From Planctomycetales bacterium (lineage in GTDB: Bacteria > 4484-113 > JAFGCY01), in NCBI GenBank assembly GCA_022646745.1, contig CP060262.1:2760001-2792000 (forward strand): 32,000 nucleotides of DNA. The letters are read 5' to 3'. Of this stretch, positions 1 through 8,711 are shown in pieces. The notes below the pieces were generated by a model. The model saw only the letters and a list, made by a program, of their open reading frames with translations. It was not told where the DNA came from and searched no databases. A program made the translations under genes and the position numbers. The stretch's first letter is position 1. The number at the start of each line of letters is the position of its first letter.

Positions 1-1509
1 GATGTTCACGCTGTTGCCACTTTCGCGTTCCTTGCGCTCCTCGACGCGCTCCTTCAGCTCGGCCAGGCTACCCGGTGCCACATCGTCCGCGTTCGCAGCG
101 GACTGCTGGTCTGCGGACTCGGCAGGTTCCTCGCTGGCCGCATTACCGGCAACGGGATCATCGATCTCCTGATCAGGCTGCTCCTGCGCATCTGCACCAT
201 CAGTTGATTCAGTTTCCTCCACTCCGGACTCATCCGGCTGATCCTGCTCTGCTGCAGCGGCGGAATCATCATCCGGCACCAGTTCCTCTTCATCGCTGCC
301 AATGCCGTCCTCGATCTGCTCATTGGCTTCCTCGGCGACTTCAGCCGGCATTTCCTCGCTGCCGATTTCAGTATCCTCGCCGCCAAGCTCCCGGCGTTCG
401 GACTGGTCCGCGGCACTGATCGTGATCGGGCCGGCAGGCCTGCTGCCACCGGGCGGGTCCATGTTCACCGGACCCAGCGGTTGCTCCGTTTCCATCGGCT
501 GGTAGTCCGGCAGCAGCGCCGTCGGGATGATCATCGGGGACAGGTCCACCTCGCTTTCCCAGGCGGCCCAGCCAAACGAATAGAGCAAGGCCCGCAGCGG
601 TACGGCTGGCTGCGCTTCCGCAGCAGGCACGGCACCGTCGGCACTGACTTCCGGGGCTGCATCTGCGTTGCCAGCTTCCGCTGCAGCAGCGTCTTCGTTT
701 GCAGGCTGTGCAGCCTCCGGCGTGGCAGGCGGCGCTTCCAGCAGCCTGACATTCGCGGGGATAGAGTCCGACATCACCGTGGTCTCGGTGACCGCCGTGC
801 TCAGGGAGCCGACATAGACCACGATGCGCGGATTGGCAACGCTCTCGCTGATGCGCACCGGCAGGGTGGCCTTCAGCCGTGGGTTGAACTGGCTGCTGCG
901 GGATGGCTTGAACGGGTCAACCAGCTGCTGGAACAATGAGTCGCAGGGGATCAGCCAGGATGTGCCGGTGATTGCGTAATCCGGGTTGCCACCCATCAGG
1001 CGCGGATCCTGCGGTCCGCTGAAGTTGATGTTTGCATCCAGCCCGCTGGACAGCCCGCGCATCCCGGCGAGGATGCGCTGCGCATCATTGCTCACCGCGT
1101 CCTCAGCGCTGCCGGCCATCTGGCCCACCAGCACTTCCGGCGGGTAGGCCGCGCTGTACATGAAGTCATAGCGGCCGTTGGCATCGTTGTACCACTTCAT
1201 GCGCAGCTCGCCATCCGGCTCGATGCCACGAGGCAGGGCGACTGCTATGAAGCCGTTGAGTGGCACGGCATATTCGCCGGCCTGCTGGGCCTCAGCGTGC
1301 ATCAGTGTATCGATGTCGATCTCGATGAAACGGCGCTTGCCCGGCTCCATCAGCGGTCCGGCCCTGAGCGTGTACTCCAGGCTGACATTGCTGTCAGTGA
1401 AACTGCGCGTGAATGTACGGGCAGCCAGCGGCCTGAGGTCCTCAGGTGCCTGGGCCCGGGCCGTGCCCACCAGCAGCACGGCAAGCATCAGCGTGAATAA
1501 CTTCCTCAT
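1..1509 (-). CDS. Secreted protein of unknown function with a long acidic low-complexity C-terminal region; the 3' end runs off the window
   Basis: Absent from the ORF track because it has no stop inside the window. Hand translation of the minus strand from ATG at 1509 gives 503 uninterrupted codons down to position 1. The N-terminus MRKLFTLMLAVLLVGTARA/QAPE looks like a signal peptide. Third codon positions are GC-rich. The distal half is E/D/A/P-rich (e.g. EEANEQIEDGIGSDEEELVPDDD). No family recognised. Confidence 0.6.
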   Translation of the reverse strand, partial: MRKLFTLMLAVLLVGTARAQAPEDLRPLAARTFTRSFTDSNVSLEYTLRAGPLMEPGKRRFIEIDIDTLMHAEAQQAGEYAVPLNGFIAVALPRGIEPDGELRMKWYNDANGRYDFMYSAAYPPEVLVGQMAGSAEDAVSNDAQRILAGMRGLSSGLDANINFSGPQDPRLMGGNPDYAITGTSWLIPCDSLFQQLVDPFKPSRSSQFNPRLKATLPVRISESVANPRIVVYVGSLSTAVTETTVMSDSIPANVRLLEAPPATPEAAQPANEDAAAAEAGNADAAPEVSADGAVPAAEAQPAVPLRALLYSFGWAAWESEVDLSPMIIPTALLPDYQPMETEQPLGPVNMDPPGGSRPAGPITISAADQSERRELGGEDTEIGSEEMPAEVAEEANEQIEDGIGSDEEELVPDDDSAAAAEQDQPDESGVEETESTDGADAQEQPDQEIDDPVAGNAASEEPAESADQQSAANADDVAPGSLAELKERVEERKERESGNSVNI

Positions 1510-1586
1510 CACCCACCATCTTAGCCGTTACCGGCCTGCACTCCCGCAGACTGCACGGCGGCCTTCCTTGATCAGTTACGCTTCTT

Positions 1587-3842
1587 TCAGAACAGGCTGC
1601 TGTCCAGCCAGGCCAGCACGTTTTGCAGCACATTATGCCGCTGGATCGGGTCCGGAGTGAACTGCGCCTCGCTGTAGCTCCAGCCGATCACCCACAGCTT
1701 GGCCGGCCCGTTGTTGTGGCTGTAGGTCCCGCCAAAGCCGATATTGGAATCCGGTGCGGTTTCCATGCCGTAGCTGAAGCACAGCCAGAATGGCGGATCA
1801 GCATCCGGGTAGGCCATGCCCGGGATGAAGTCCGGGTGGGTCGCACCGTTCGAGTTGATCGTGTCATAGATGATCGCACCCTGGATACGCTGCCCGATGC
1901 GGCAGGTCGAGGGCTGAAGGCCTGAGGAGCCCGCTCCGCTGTACTGCTCGGCAGCCGTCGGGTCAATCCGGATCAGTGAAGGGGTCGCACTCTGGTTCAG
2001 CAGGCATACGGGGCTGATCGGGAAACTCATTCCGCCGGCATCAATCAGTTCCTCATCAGTTGCGGTGCCGAATGCCCAGGAGAACGGGCGGCTGGATCCA
2101 CCTTCCACGATGGTGTCGTTCTGCAGGTCCATGTTGTACTTGGAACTGAATCCGGGCTGGCTGCTGAAGTCGCCAGTAAATTGATGGTTCTGGCTGAGCA
2201 GCAGGGTCGGGATGCCTGCATCGAGGATGCCGAGGAAGTCCACCTTCTCATCGTCGGTCCAGTTGCGCGGCCAGTTCTGGATCGGATCTCCGGGACCGGG
2301 ACCACCATGGTTCCAGATCACGACGCTGAAGCCCTGGTCGACAGCCACCTGGCTGATGCCGACACTGTAACCACCGACGACATAGCTGGCACCAAGCGTG
2401 TCCAGGTCGTCCGTCAGTGCGATGAAGTTGGCAGTGAATTCATTGCCCGGCCCAGCGCCATTCCACTGGTCGGACACCAGCAGGATGTCGGCTGCCGGAT
2501 TCACGGTGACGAACTTCGTGATGGAATCAGTGGCCCCGGCATTGTCTGTCACCGTCAGCGTGATTGCCTTGAGCCCGACTGATTCGAAGATGTGCGGGAA
2601 GATCAGCTTGCCCGGATCGGTGCTGGTGGCGGTTGTGCCGTCGCCAAAGTCAAACATCCATTCCGCGATCCCGTCATCCGCATCCGTCGAGGGCCCGGCG
2701 TTGAAATTGACCTGCAGGGGGACTGCACCACTCGTCACATTCATGCTGAACTGGGCAACGGGCGGGTGGTTCAGGATGTTGATGAAGCCGACCTGGGTCT
2801 TCTCCGTACCGCTGCGGACCTCGATCTGGTGCTCTCCGAAGCTGGTTCCGGAGGGCACGCTGAAGCGGATCAGCGGGTCTGTGTAGATGATGTAGGCCTC
2901 GGAGCTGGCAACGTCCTTGCCGTCCATCACGATGATGTTGTTAGGTCCCTGGGCATCCCCGAAGTTGGCACCGGAAATCTCAAAGGCCTGCTCGCTGTAG
3001 CGCGAGTAAGGATTGATTTCAGTTATGTACGGGCTCTGGCAGGTGAACTGCTGCAGGGGGAAGGCCGGCACGCCGTTGATCCACACCTTTACTCGCCCGA
3101 CCGTGGCTCCGAAGGGCACTTCCACCAGGATCTGCGTGTTGCTCCAGCTCAGGATGTTCGCTTCAATGTCGACGATTTCCATCGAAGGTGTTGTCTGGTC
3201 CGGGTTCCACTCGGTGCCGACGAAGGTCACGCTGTCAATGCTTGCATCGAAGATCCCGAAGCGCACGCCCTCGACAATGATCTGGTCGCCAACAAAGCCC
3301 TGGAAGGCGCTGAGGCTGTTCACCTGGTGCTGGCTGATGTTGACGGTCACTTCCTCGGACAGCACTCCCTCATCGCCACTGTCGTTGATGGCGCTGAACC
3401 GGTAGTACCAGGTTTCGCCGAAGTTGAGATCAAAACCGGCGCCCTTTGGATCGATGTGGCTGTACTGCTGCCCGAAGGGGATGATCGTGGCCGGATAGAC
3501 CGTCGCATTGCCCTCGCCATCATCGCCGAATTCCTCGGATACCAGCCACAGGGAGCTGTCACCACGCATGGAATCCAGGATAGGCTCATTGGAGCGGTAG
3601 ATGTGGTAGCCGGTGATGTCCTCGTCGGCTCCATCCGGTACCGGATCCCAGCTCAAGAGGATGCCGCTCGGCAGGCCGCTGGCATCTCGCTGGACCTCGC
3701 CAGATGCACTGCCTTGCTGCTCTGGTCCGATCTGGGGCTGGCCCTTGCCTGCATCAGGCTGCGGTTGCGATCCAGGCCCGCAGGAATAGGACAGCGCCAG
3801 CAGGCATGCCAGTGATATCAGCTTCAGGTATCTAGCAGTCAT
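1587..3842 (-). CDS. Large secreted (possibly lipid-anchored) multidomain surface protein: FN3-like, 2x IPT/TIG-like, PKD, plus a ~300-aa unrecognised C-terminal domain
   Basis: 751-aa ORF. N-terminal signal MTARYLKLISLACLLALSYS-C with a Cys after the hydrophobic core. GYHIYRS...WYYRFSAIN resembles FN3. ITEINPYS...ISGANFG resembles IPT/TIG. WMFDFGDGT...TLTVTDNAGATD is a PKD signature. SD-like GAGGA lies 6 nt upstream of the ATG. It is a tandem paralog of 3968..6235. Confidence 0.85.
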   Translation of the reverse strand: MTARYLKLISLACLLALSYSCGPGSQPQPDAGKGQPQIGPEQQGSASGEVQRDASGLPSGILLSWDPVPDGADEDITGYHIYRSNEPILDSMRGDSSLWLVSEEFGDDGEGNATVYPATIIPFGQQYSHIDPKGAGFDLNFGETWYYRFSAINDSGDEGVLSEEVTVNISQHQVNSLSAFQGFVGDQIIVEGVRFGIFDASIDSVTFVGTEWNPDQTTPSMEIVDIEANILSWSNTQILVEVPFGATVGRVKVWINGVPAFPLQQFTCQSPYITEINPYSRYSEQAFEISGANFGDAQGPNNIIVMDGKDVASSEAYIIYTDPLIRFSVPSGTSFGEHQIEVRSGTEKTQVGFINILNHPPVAQFSMNVTSGAVPLQVNFNAGPSTDADDGIAEWMFDFGDGTTATSTDPGKLIFPHIFESVGLKAITLTVTDNAGATDSITKFVTVNPAADILLVSDQWNGAGPGNEFTANFIALTDDLDTLGASYVVGGYSVGISQVAVDQGFSVVIWNHGGPGPGDPIQNWPRNWTDDEKVDFLGILDAGIPTLLLSQNHQFTGDFSSQPGFSSKYNMDLQNDTIVEGGSSRPFSWAFGTATDEELIDAGGMSFPISPVCLLNQSATPSLIRIDPTAAEQYSGAGSSGLQPSTCRIGQRIQGAIIYDTINSNGATHPDFIPGMAYPDADPPFWLCFSYGMETAPDSNIGFGGTYSHNNGPAKLWVIGWSYSEAQFTPDPIQRHNVLQNVLAWLDSSLF

Positions 3843-3910
3843 GATGCATCCTCAGTCGACCCGGTAATCAACCTCAGGCCACATCTTCTATATTACCTTT
3901 AATTAATTGA

Positions 3911-3944
3911 AATTAAAAAGGGCAGGGGATAGCTCCCCCGCCCT
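3911..3944 (-). terminator. Rho-independent terminator of the upstream paralog (3968..6235)
   Basis: On the minus-strand RNA, AGGGCGGGGGA-GCUA-UCCCCUGCCCU forms an 11-bp stem with one G-U pair, followed by UUUUAAUUU. It starts 24 nt after the stop codon. Confidence 0.75.
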
Positions 3945-3967
3945 GTGGTTATCGAATGTCCCAGACC

Positions 3968-6235
3968 CTAAGGCAGGGTCAGGCTGCTGTCCAGCCAGGC
4001 CAGCACGTTCTGCAGGATGTTCAGCCGGCTGGCTCCCGTCGGTGAGATCTCGCTGTAGCTCCAGCCGATCACCCACAGCCGCGCCGTACCGTTCGTATGG
4101 CTGTAACCTCCGCCACTGAAGCCGATGTTGCTGTCCGGCGCGGTGGTCAGCCCGTGGCTGTAACACAGCTCGAAGGGATGTGCATCATTGGCCACCAGGC
4201 CGGGGATGAAGTTTGCATTGATGTCCGTACCGATCAGCGATGTGTCCACCGCGAGGCCCATCTGGATCCGGTTGTTGGCTATGTTGATCGCGGTCGGGAC
4301 GTTGCCGGAGCTGCCCGGCCCGTTGTACTGCTCCGCGGCCGTCGTGCTCAGGAACACGCCGCCCGGGAAGGATGCGCCCTTCAGGCAGATCGGCGAGCTG
4401 GGGATGCTGTCCGCCGCATCTGAATAGGTGATGTCAGTCGGCGCACCGAACATCCAGGTGAACGGGCGGCTGCCGCCGGGTTCCTGGATGCGGTCAGTCT
4501 GCTTGGTCAGGCCATACAGCGCGGACCAGTCGTTGCCGCTGGTGTCATCGCCACTGTACTGGTGGTTCTGGCTGATCAGCAGCAAGTCGATCCCCGCGTC
4601 GAGGACGGTTCGCAGGTCCGTCTTCTCGTCCTCGCTCCAGTTGCGCGGCCAGTCCTGGATCGGGTCGCCGGGGCCGGGGCCGCCACGCATCCAGATCACG
4701 ACCTTGACGCCGTTGTCAATCGCGACCTGGCCGATGCCGACGGAGTAACCGCCGGAGATGTAGTCCAGGTCCAGCGCCACGACGTCATCGCGCAGCGCCT
4801 GCACGTTGGGAACGTAGTTGTTGCCCACGCCCTGTCCGTTGTCAATGTCCTCGATCAGCATCACCTCAGCAGCCGCCAGGGCGTTGACCGTCTTCTGCTC
4901 GCTGTCCTCCTGGCCGCTGCCGTCCTCCACGACCAGCACCACGTCATAGCTGCCGGCTGCGCTGTAGATGTGCGAGAAGGTCGCATCCTCGCCCTGCAAC
5001 TTGACGGCTGGCGGGCTGCCGTCGCCGAAGTCCATCGTGTACTTGGCGATCGGGCCCTCAACGTCGCTTGAACCGTTGGCATTGAAGTTGATCTGCACCG
5101 GCACCTTGCCGCTCGTCTTGTTCATGCTGAACGAGGCGACGGGCAGGCGGTCCTTCAGGAACATGTAGCCCGAGTTGCTGCGTACGCCGTTGGACTCGAC
5201 CTGGATCTCCACCTCGCCGAAGGCGGTGCCCTGCTTCAGCTTCAGCGTGATGCTGGCGAATGTGTAGATGCTGTAGTTGGCCGCTGCATCCTGGTCCTGG
5301 TCATTGGCGACCACGAAGTTCGTGCCGCTCTGCTCGGTGCCGAAGTTGGCACCTTGGATCTGCAGGTTCTGGTCGAGGAAGCGCTCATAGGGAGTGATCG
5401 CCGTGATGTACGGGTCTGAATTCTCAAACAGGTCGAAGGACTGGGCCGTCAGCCCGTCAATGCGCACCTTGACACGGCCCTTGGTCGTGTTGGCCGGCAC
5501 CTCGAAGGTGATCTCCGTCGGCTGCCAGTCGATGATCGTCGCGTTGATGTCGATCTGGTCGAATTCATGCGTGGTGTCGTTCCACTGGTTGCCGACAATG
5601 ATCACTTCGTCAATGGTGTCGTCATATGTCCCGAAGTTGAGGCCCTCGATCACCACCTGGTCGCCGATGCCAGCAGTGGCCGGAGTCACATCCGTGATCG
5701 AATGCATCGCCACGTCCACCTTGACCTCGGGGCTGAGTGCGCTTTCATCACCGCTTTCATTGACCGCGCTGATGCGGTAGTACCAGGACTCACCGATGTT
5801 GAGCGTGAAGTCCATGTCAGCCAGCTTCGTGTAGCTCAGCTTGGCCCCGCCGCCCGGGACTGAATGGGGGAAGATCGTGTTGTTCCCGCCGCCATCGGCG
5901 AGGAAGCCGGCATCCTCCAGCCACAGCGCACTGTCGCCACGGGAAGCATCCGGGATGCTTGCTGATGACTGGTAAATGTGGTAGCCGGTGACGGCCTCGG
6001 CCGCGTTGTCAGCGACCGGGTCCCAGCTCACCTGGATGCCGGACAGCTTGCCGCTGGCATCACGCAGCAGCAGCGCGTCCAGGAAGTCATCAGTGGCGGG
6101 GGCCTGCGGCGGGTTGCCGCCATCGTTGCCAACAGGGGGATTGCCCGCGGAGCCGCCGGAGCAGGACTGGACTGCCAGTGCCAGCAGGCAGGCGATCAGG
6201 GGCAGCAGGGTAAGTCTTCTCATTGCCTTCTTCAA
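3968..6235 (-). CDS. Large secreted (possibly lipid-anchored) multidomain surface protein, paralog of 1587..3842
   Basis: 755-aa ORF with the same domain order: signal plus LALAVQS-C, GYHIYQS FN3-like, two IPT/TIG-like segments, PKD (YTMDFGDGS...VLVVEDGSGQED), and the same C-terminal domain ending LQNVLAWLDSSL. The track start at 6235 is TTG; an in-frame ATG at 6223 (MRRLTLL...) is an equally plausible start. Confidence 0.85.
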   Translation of the reverse strand: MKKAMRRLTLLPLIACLLALAVQSCSGGSAGNPPVGNDGGNPPQAPATDDFLDALLLRDASGKLSGIQVSWDPVADNAAEAVTGYHIYQSSASIPDASRGDSALWLEDAGFLADGGGNNTIFPHSVPGGGAKLSYTKLADMDFTLNIGESWYYRISAVNESGDESALSPEVKVDVAMHSITDVTPATAGIGDQVVIEGLNFGTYDDTIDEVIIVGNQWNDTTHEFDQIDINATIIDWQPTEITFEVPANTTKGRVKVRIDGLTAQSFDLFENSDPYITAITPYERFLDQNLQIQGANFGTEQSGTNFVVANDQDQDAAANYSIYTFASITLKLKQGTAFGEVEIQVESNGVRSNSGYMFLKDRLPVASFSMNKTSGKVPVQINFNANGSSDVEGPIAKYTMDFGDGSPPAVKLQGEDATFSHIYSAAGSYDVVLVVEDGSGQEDSEQKTVNALAAAEVMLIEDIDNGQGVGNNYVPNVQALRDDVVALDLDYISGGYSVGIGQVAIDNGVKVVIWMRGGPGPGDPIQDWPRNWSEDEKTDLRTVLDAGIDLLLISQNHQYSGDDTSGNDWSALYGLTKQTDRIQEPGGSRPFTWMFGAPTDITYSDAADSIPSSPICLKGASFPGGVFLSTTAAEQYNGPGSSGNVPTAINIANNRIQMGLAVDTSLIGTDINANFIPGLVANDAHPFELCYSHGLTTAPDSNIGFSGGGYSHTNGTARLWVIGWSYSEISPTGASRLNILQNVLAWLDSSLTLP

Positions 6236-6352
6236 CCTCTTAGGCTGGGATAGCCACGCGGTCGAAGCACTCCATCGGCCGCGTGGCGATTATACCTTTC
6301 TGTATTCCTCACGCACTTTTCACGGATATCCGCAGTGTTTTGATCCGGGGGT

Positions 6353-6381
6353 TTGAGATTCGCCCCCAAAACCTGTATACT
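6353..6381 (+). promoter_or_regulatory. Sigma70-like promoter for the spsF-like gene
   Basis: TTGAGA (6353-6358), 17-nt spacer, TATACT (6376-6381). The ~120-nt leader contains a perfect 8-bp hairpin gcacggga/tcccgtgc at 6419-6441. Confidence 0.45.
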
Positions 6382-6507
6382 CTGGATGTTGGTTGGTGAT
6401 ACACAAATCGAATTATTGGCACGGGACACTTCTTCCCGTGCTTCTGACATTCCAACTTCTCCCTCACTTTCACGAACAAATTCCATCCCCTTGGAGGCAT
6501 TCTGCAC

Positions 6508-7233
6508 ATGAAGAAAGTTGCAATTCTGCAGGCTCGTCTGGACAGTTCACGGTTCCCTGGCAAGGTTCTCGCTGATCTCAAGGGAAGGCCCGTGATCGCG
6601 CACATCATTGACCGCCTCAAGGCTTCCAGTGAGCTTGATGAGGTCTGCGTGGCCATCCCCTCCGAGCACAAGGAGGACAAGCTGGCCGAGGCCCTCGCAG
6701 CCATGGACGTCACCGTGGTGCGTGGCCATGCCTCGGATGTGCTGGCCCGATATATCCAGGCCGCTTATGAAACCAAGGCCGACATCGTGGTGCGCGCCAC
6801 CGGGGACAACCCGCTCGTGGCCACTGAAGTGATCGACCAGCAGGTTTCCATGCTTGCCGGTGAGCCGGAACTCGACTACGTGATCACCGAGGGTATGTCC
6901 GTCGGCCTGACCACTGAGACGTTCACCCTCAAGACCCTTGAGAAGCTGGACTTCCTCGCCAAGCATCCCGACCACCGTGAGCACGTGACGCTGTACCTGC
7001 GCCGCAACCCCGGTCCGTTCGTGATGCGCCGCCTGGATCCCCCGTCACACCTGGCCAATGCGAACTACCGCCTGACCCTGGACACGGAGGAGGACTACAA
7101 GGTGCTCTCCGCGATCTATGACAAGCTCTACAGTGGCAACAGCATCGAACTGAAGGATGTCTTCAAGCTGCTGGAGGACGACTCCGAGCTCAACCTGGCT
7201 GCCCGCCAGCAGGTTTCCCTGGCCGCCGGCTAG
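6508..7233 (+). CDS. SpsF-like cytidylyltransferase (CTP_transf_3 / COG1861 type)
   Basis: 241 aa. N-terminal VAILQARLDSSRFPGKVL...GRPVI matches the cytidylyltransferase P-loop-like motif of SpsF/NeuA-type enzymes. RLTLDTEEDY matches the conserved C-terminal motif of SpsF homologs. SD GGAGG lies upstream. Confidence 0.8.
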   Translation: MKKVAILQARLDSSRFPGKVLADLKGRPVIAHIIDRLKASSELDEVCVAIPSEHKEDKLAEALAAMDVTVVRGHASDVLARYIQAAYETKADIVVRATGDNPLVATEVIDQQVSMLAGEPELDYVITEGMSVGLTTETFTLKTLEKLDFLAKHPDHREHVTLYLRRNPGPFVMRRLDPPSHLANANYRLTLDTEEDYKVLSAIYDKLYSGNSIELKDVFKLLEDDSELNLAARQQVSLAAG

Positions 7234-7253
7234 GAGCAATTCGACTTCAACTG

Positions 7254-7290
7254 CGCCGCAGGGACCGCTGTGTCCTGCGGCGCTGTGCTT
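7254..7290 (+). terminator. Terminator-like hairpin after the spsF-like gene
   Basis: gcgccgcagggac / gtcctgcggcgc forms a ~12-bp stem with one bulge and a 5-nt loop, followed by tgtgctttctc. The U-tract is weak. Confidence 0.45.
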
Positions 7291-7332
7291 TCTCGTGGGA
7301 TAAGTGCGCGGGTAATGGGATACTAGGAACTG

Positions 7333-8541
7333 ATGGCCAAACCAGAACAACCGGAGGGAGTGCAGTCCTCCAGCGTGCAGTCGGCCTACTTTGACAACGC
7401 CGCCACCAGTTACCCCAAGCCTCCAGGGGTAGTGGCTGCCATCCGCGACTGCCTCGACCAGTCGCTGACCGTCGCCCGCAGCACGCACCGTGCCCCCTTC
7501 CGCGCCGATGACGTATTGCGCCGCTGCCGGTCCCGGCTTTCCAGCTACTTCGGGGGCTCCGCAGCGGAAGAGATCATCTACACATTCAGCGCGACTGACA
7601 GCCTGAACATCGCCATCAACGGCCTGGTACCGGATGGATCACATGTGCTGGTCAGTCCGCTGGAGCACCATTCCGTAATGCGTCCGCTGCACCACCGCAG
7701 GCGGGCAGGCCGGGTGGAGTTCGACGTCCTGCCGGCTGACAGCCTGGGGTATGTCGACATCGATTCCATTCGGAGCTTGCTCAGGCCCGAAACCCGCTGC
7801 ATCATCATCAACTGGGTCAGCAATGTCAGCGGCGTGATGCAACCTGCAGCAGAGATCGGCAGGATTGCCAGCGAACTCGGTATCGACTTCCTGCTTGATG
7901 CCAGCCAGGCCGGCGGTTCACATCCAATTGATGTGCAGCAGCTGGCGTGCACGGCGATGACCATGCCCGGGCACAAGTCGATGATGTCCATCCCCGGTAC
8001 CGGCATCCTCTACCTTCGGCGGGACCGCGAGATCGAACCATGGCGTATCGGTGGCACCGGCCACCGCAGCGAGCTGCTCTTCCAGCCGGAGGAAAGGCCC
8101 CACCGCTATGAGTCAGGCACTCCGAATGTGGCCGGTATTGTCGGACTGGATGCGGCGATGGACTGGTTCGAGCAGACAGGCATCGAGAACATCAGCACAC
8201 ACAGTAAGGCCATCACCAGCTGCCTGTGGGATGGCCTGTCAGCCATTGATGGAATCTCGCTGATTGGTCCCTCGCCGCAGCATCCACGTGGCTCGGTGAT
8301 CAGCTTCACTGTGGACGGAATAGACCCGATCGCATTCAGCGAGGTGCTTTCCAGCCACTTCGGCATAAGCACCCGCCCCGGACTGCACTGCGCACCATCA
8401 GCTCACAGGCACTACGGGACCTTGGACTCCGGCGGGACCGTCCGCCTCAGTGTCGGCTACTTCACTTCGGAAGCTGAAGTGGACTACTGCCTGTCCAGCA
8501 TCGCTGAAGCCCTGGCTGGATTTGCCGCCAGTAGCGCTTGA
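7333..8541 (+). CDS. Class-V PLP enzyme, cysteine desulfurase family (TIGR01977-like)
   Basis: 402 aa. AYFDNAATSYPKP at the N-terminus. PLP-lysine context GHKSMMSIPGTGILY. Active-site Cys context RPGLHCAPSAHRHYGTL..GTVRLSVGYFTSEAEV. Confidence 0.85.
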   Translation: MAKPEQPEGVQSSSVQSAYFDNAATSYPKPPGVVAAIRDCLDQSLTVARSTHRAPFRADDVLRRCRSRLSSYFGGSAAEEIIYTFSATDSLNIAINGLVPDGSHVLVSPLEHHSVMRPLHHRRRAGRVEFDVLPADSLGYVDIDSIRSLLRPETRCIIINWVSNVSGVMQPAAEIGRIASELGIDFLLDASQAGGSHPIDVQQLACTAMTMPGHKSMMSIPGTGILYLRRDREIEPWRIGGTGHRSELLFQPEERPHRYESGTPNVAGIVGLDAAMDWFEQTGIENISTHSKAITSCLWDGLSAIDGISLIGPSPQHPRGSVISFTVDGIDPIAFSEVLSSHFGISTRPGLHCAPSAHRHYGTLDSGGTVRLSVGYFTSEAEVDYCLSSIAEALAGFAASSA

Positions 8542-8566
8542 CACTTTCAGGCGCAGACGGGATATT
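8538..8566 (+). promoter_or_regulatory. Sigma70-like promoter upstream of proS
   Basis: TTGACA (8538-8543), 17-nt spacer, GATATT (8561-8566). A second TATAAT lies at 8661-8666 without a good -35. Confidence 0.45.
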
Positions 8567-8711
8567 TATTGTCTCCGTTGATAGTTTGTTGATAACTGTC
8601 TGCGGCCGGGTCGAGGGTTGAGTCTGTCACGCCAAAGCTGCGCCTTTGCATGCGCTGAGCTATAATCCCGGCGGCAAACTTCCCTCAGACGGGATCAATA
8701 AAGGAAAAGCG

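Noticed and set aside
2592-3815. Long antisense ORFs opposite real genes. Examples: 2592..3815 +, 8811..9749 -, 10555..11418 -, 12618..13409 -, 14509..15216 -, 15860..16720 +, 19317..20237 -, 20311..21063 -, 23790..24440 -, 29693..30265 +.
   Set aside because: These are typical shadow ORFs of GC-rich DNA. Their translations are Arg/Ala/Gly/His-rich and carry no recognisable motifs. The opposite strand in each case encodes a protein with clear family signatures and GC3 bias.
6417-6441. Sigma54 promoter suggested by TGGCAC at 6417-6422.
   Set aside because: The required -12 element (TTGC at N5 spacing) is absent (the sequence reads gggac-actt). The TGGCAC is part of a perfect 8-bp hairpin in the spsF-like leader.
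8646-8711. Track start (TTG 8646) for proS, and track start 13786 for the fourth HtrA-like gene.
   Set aside because: Both add residues with no homology or signal-peptide logic and lack an SD. Downstream in-frame starts (8712 and 13834) have SD sequences and give N-termini that match family expectations.
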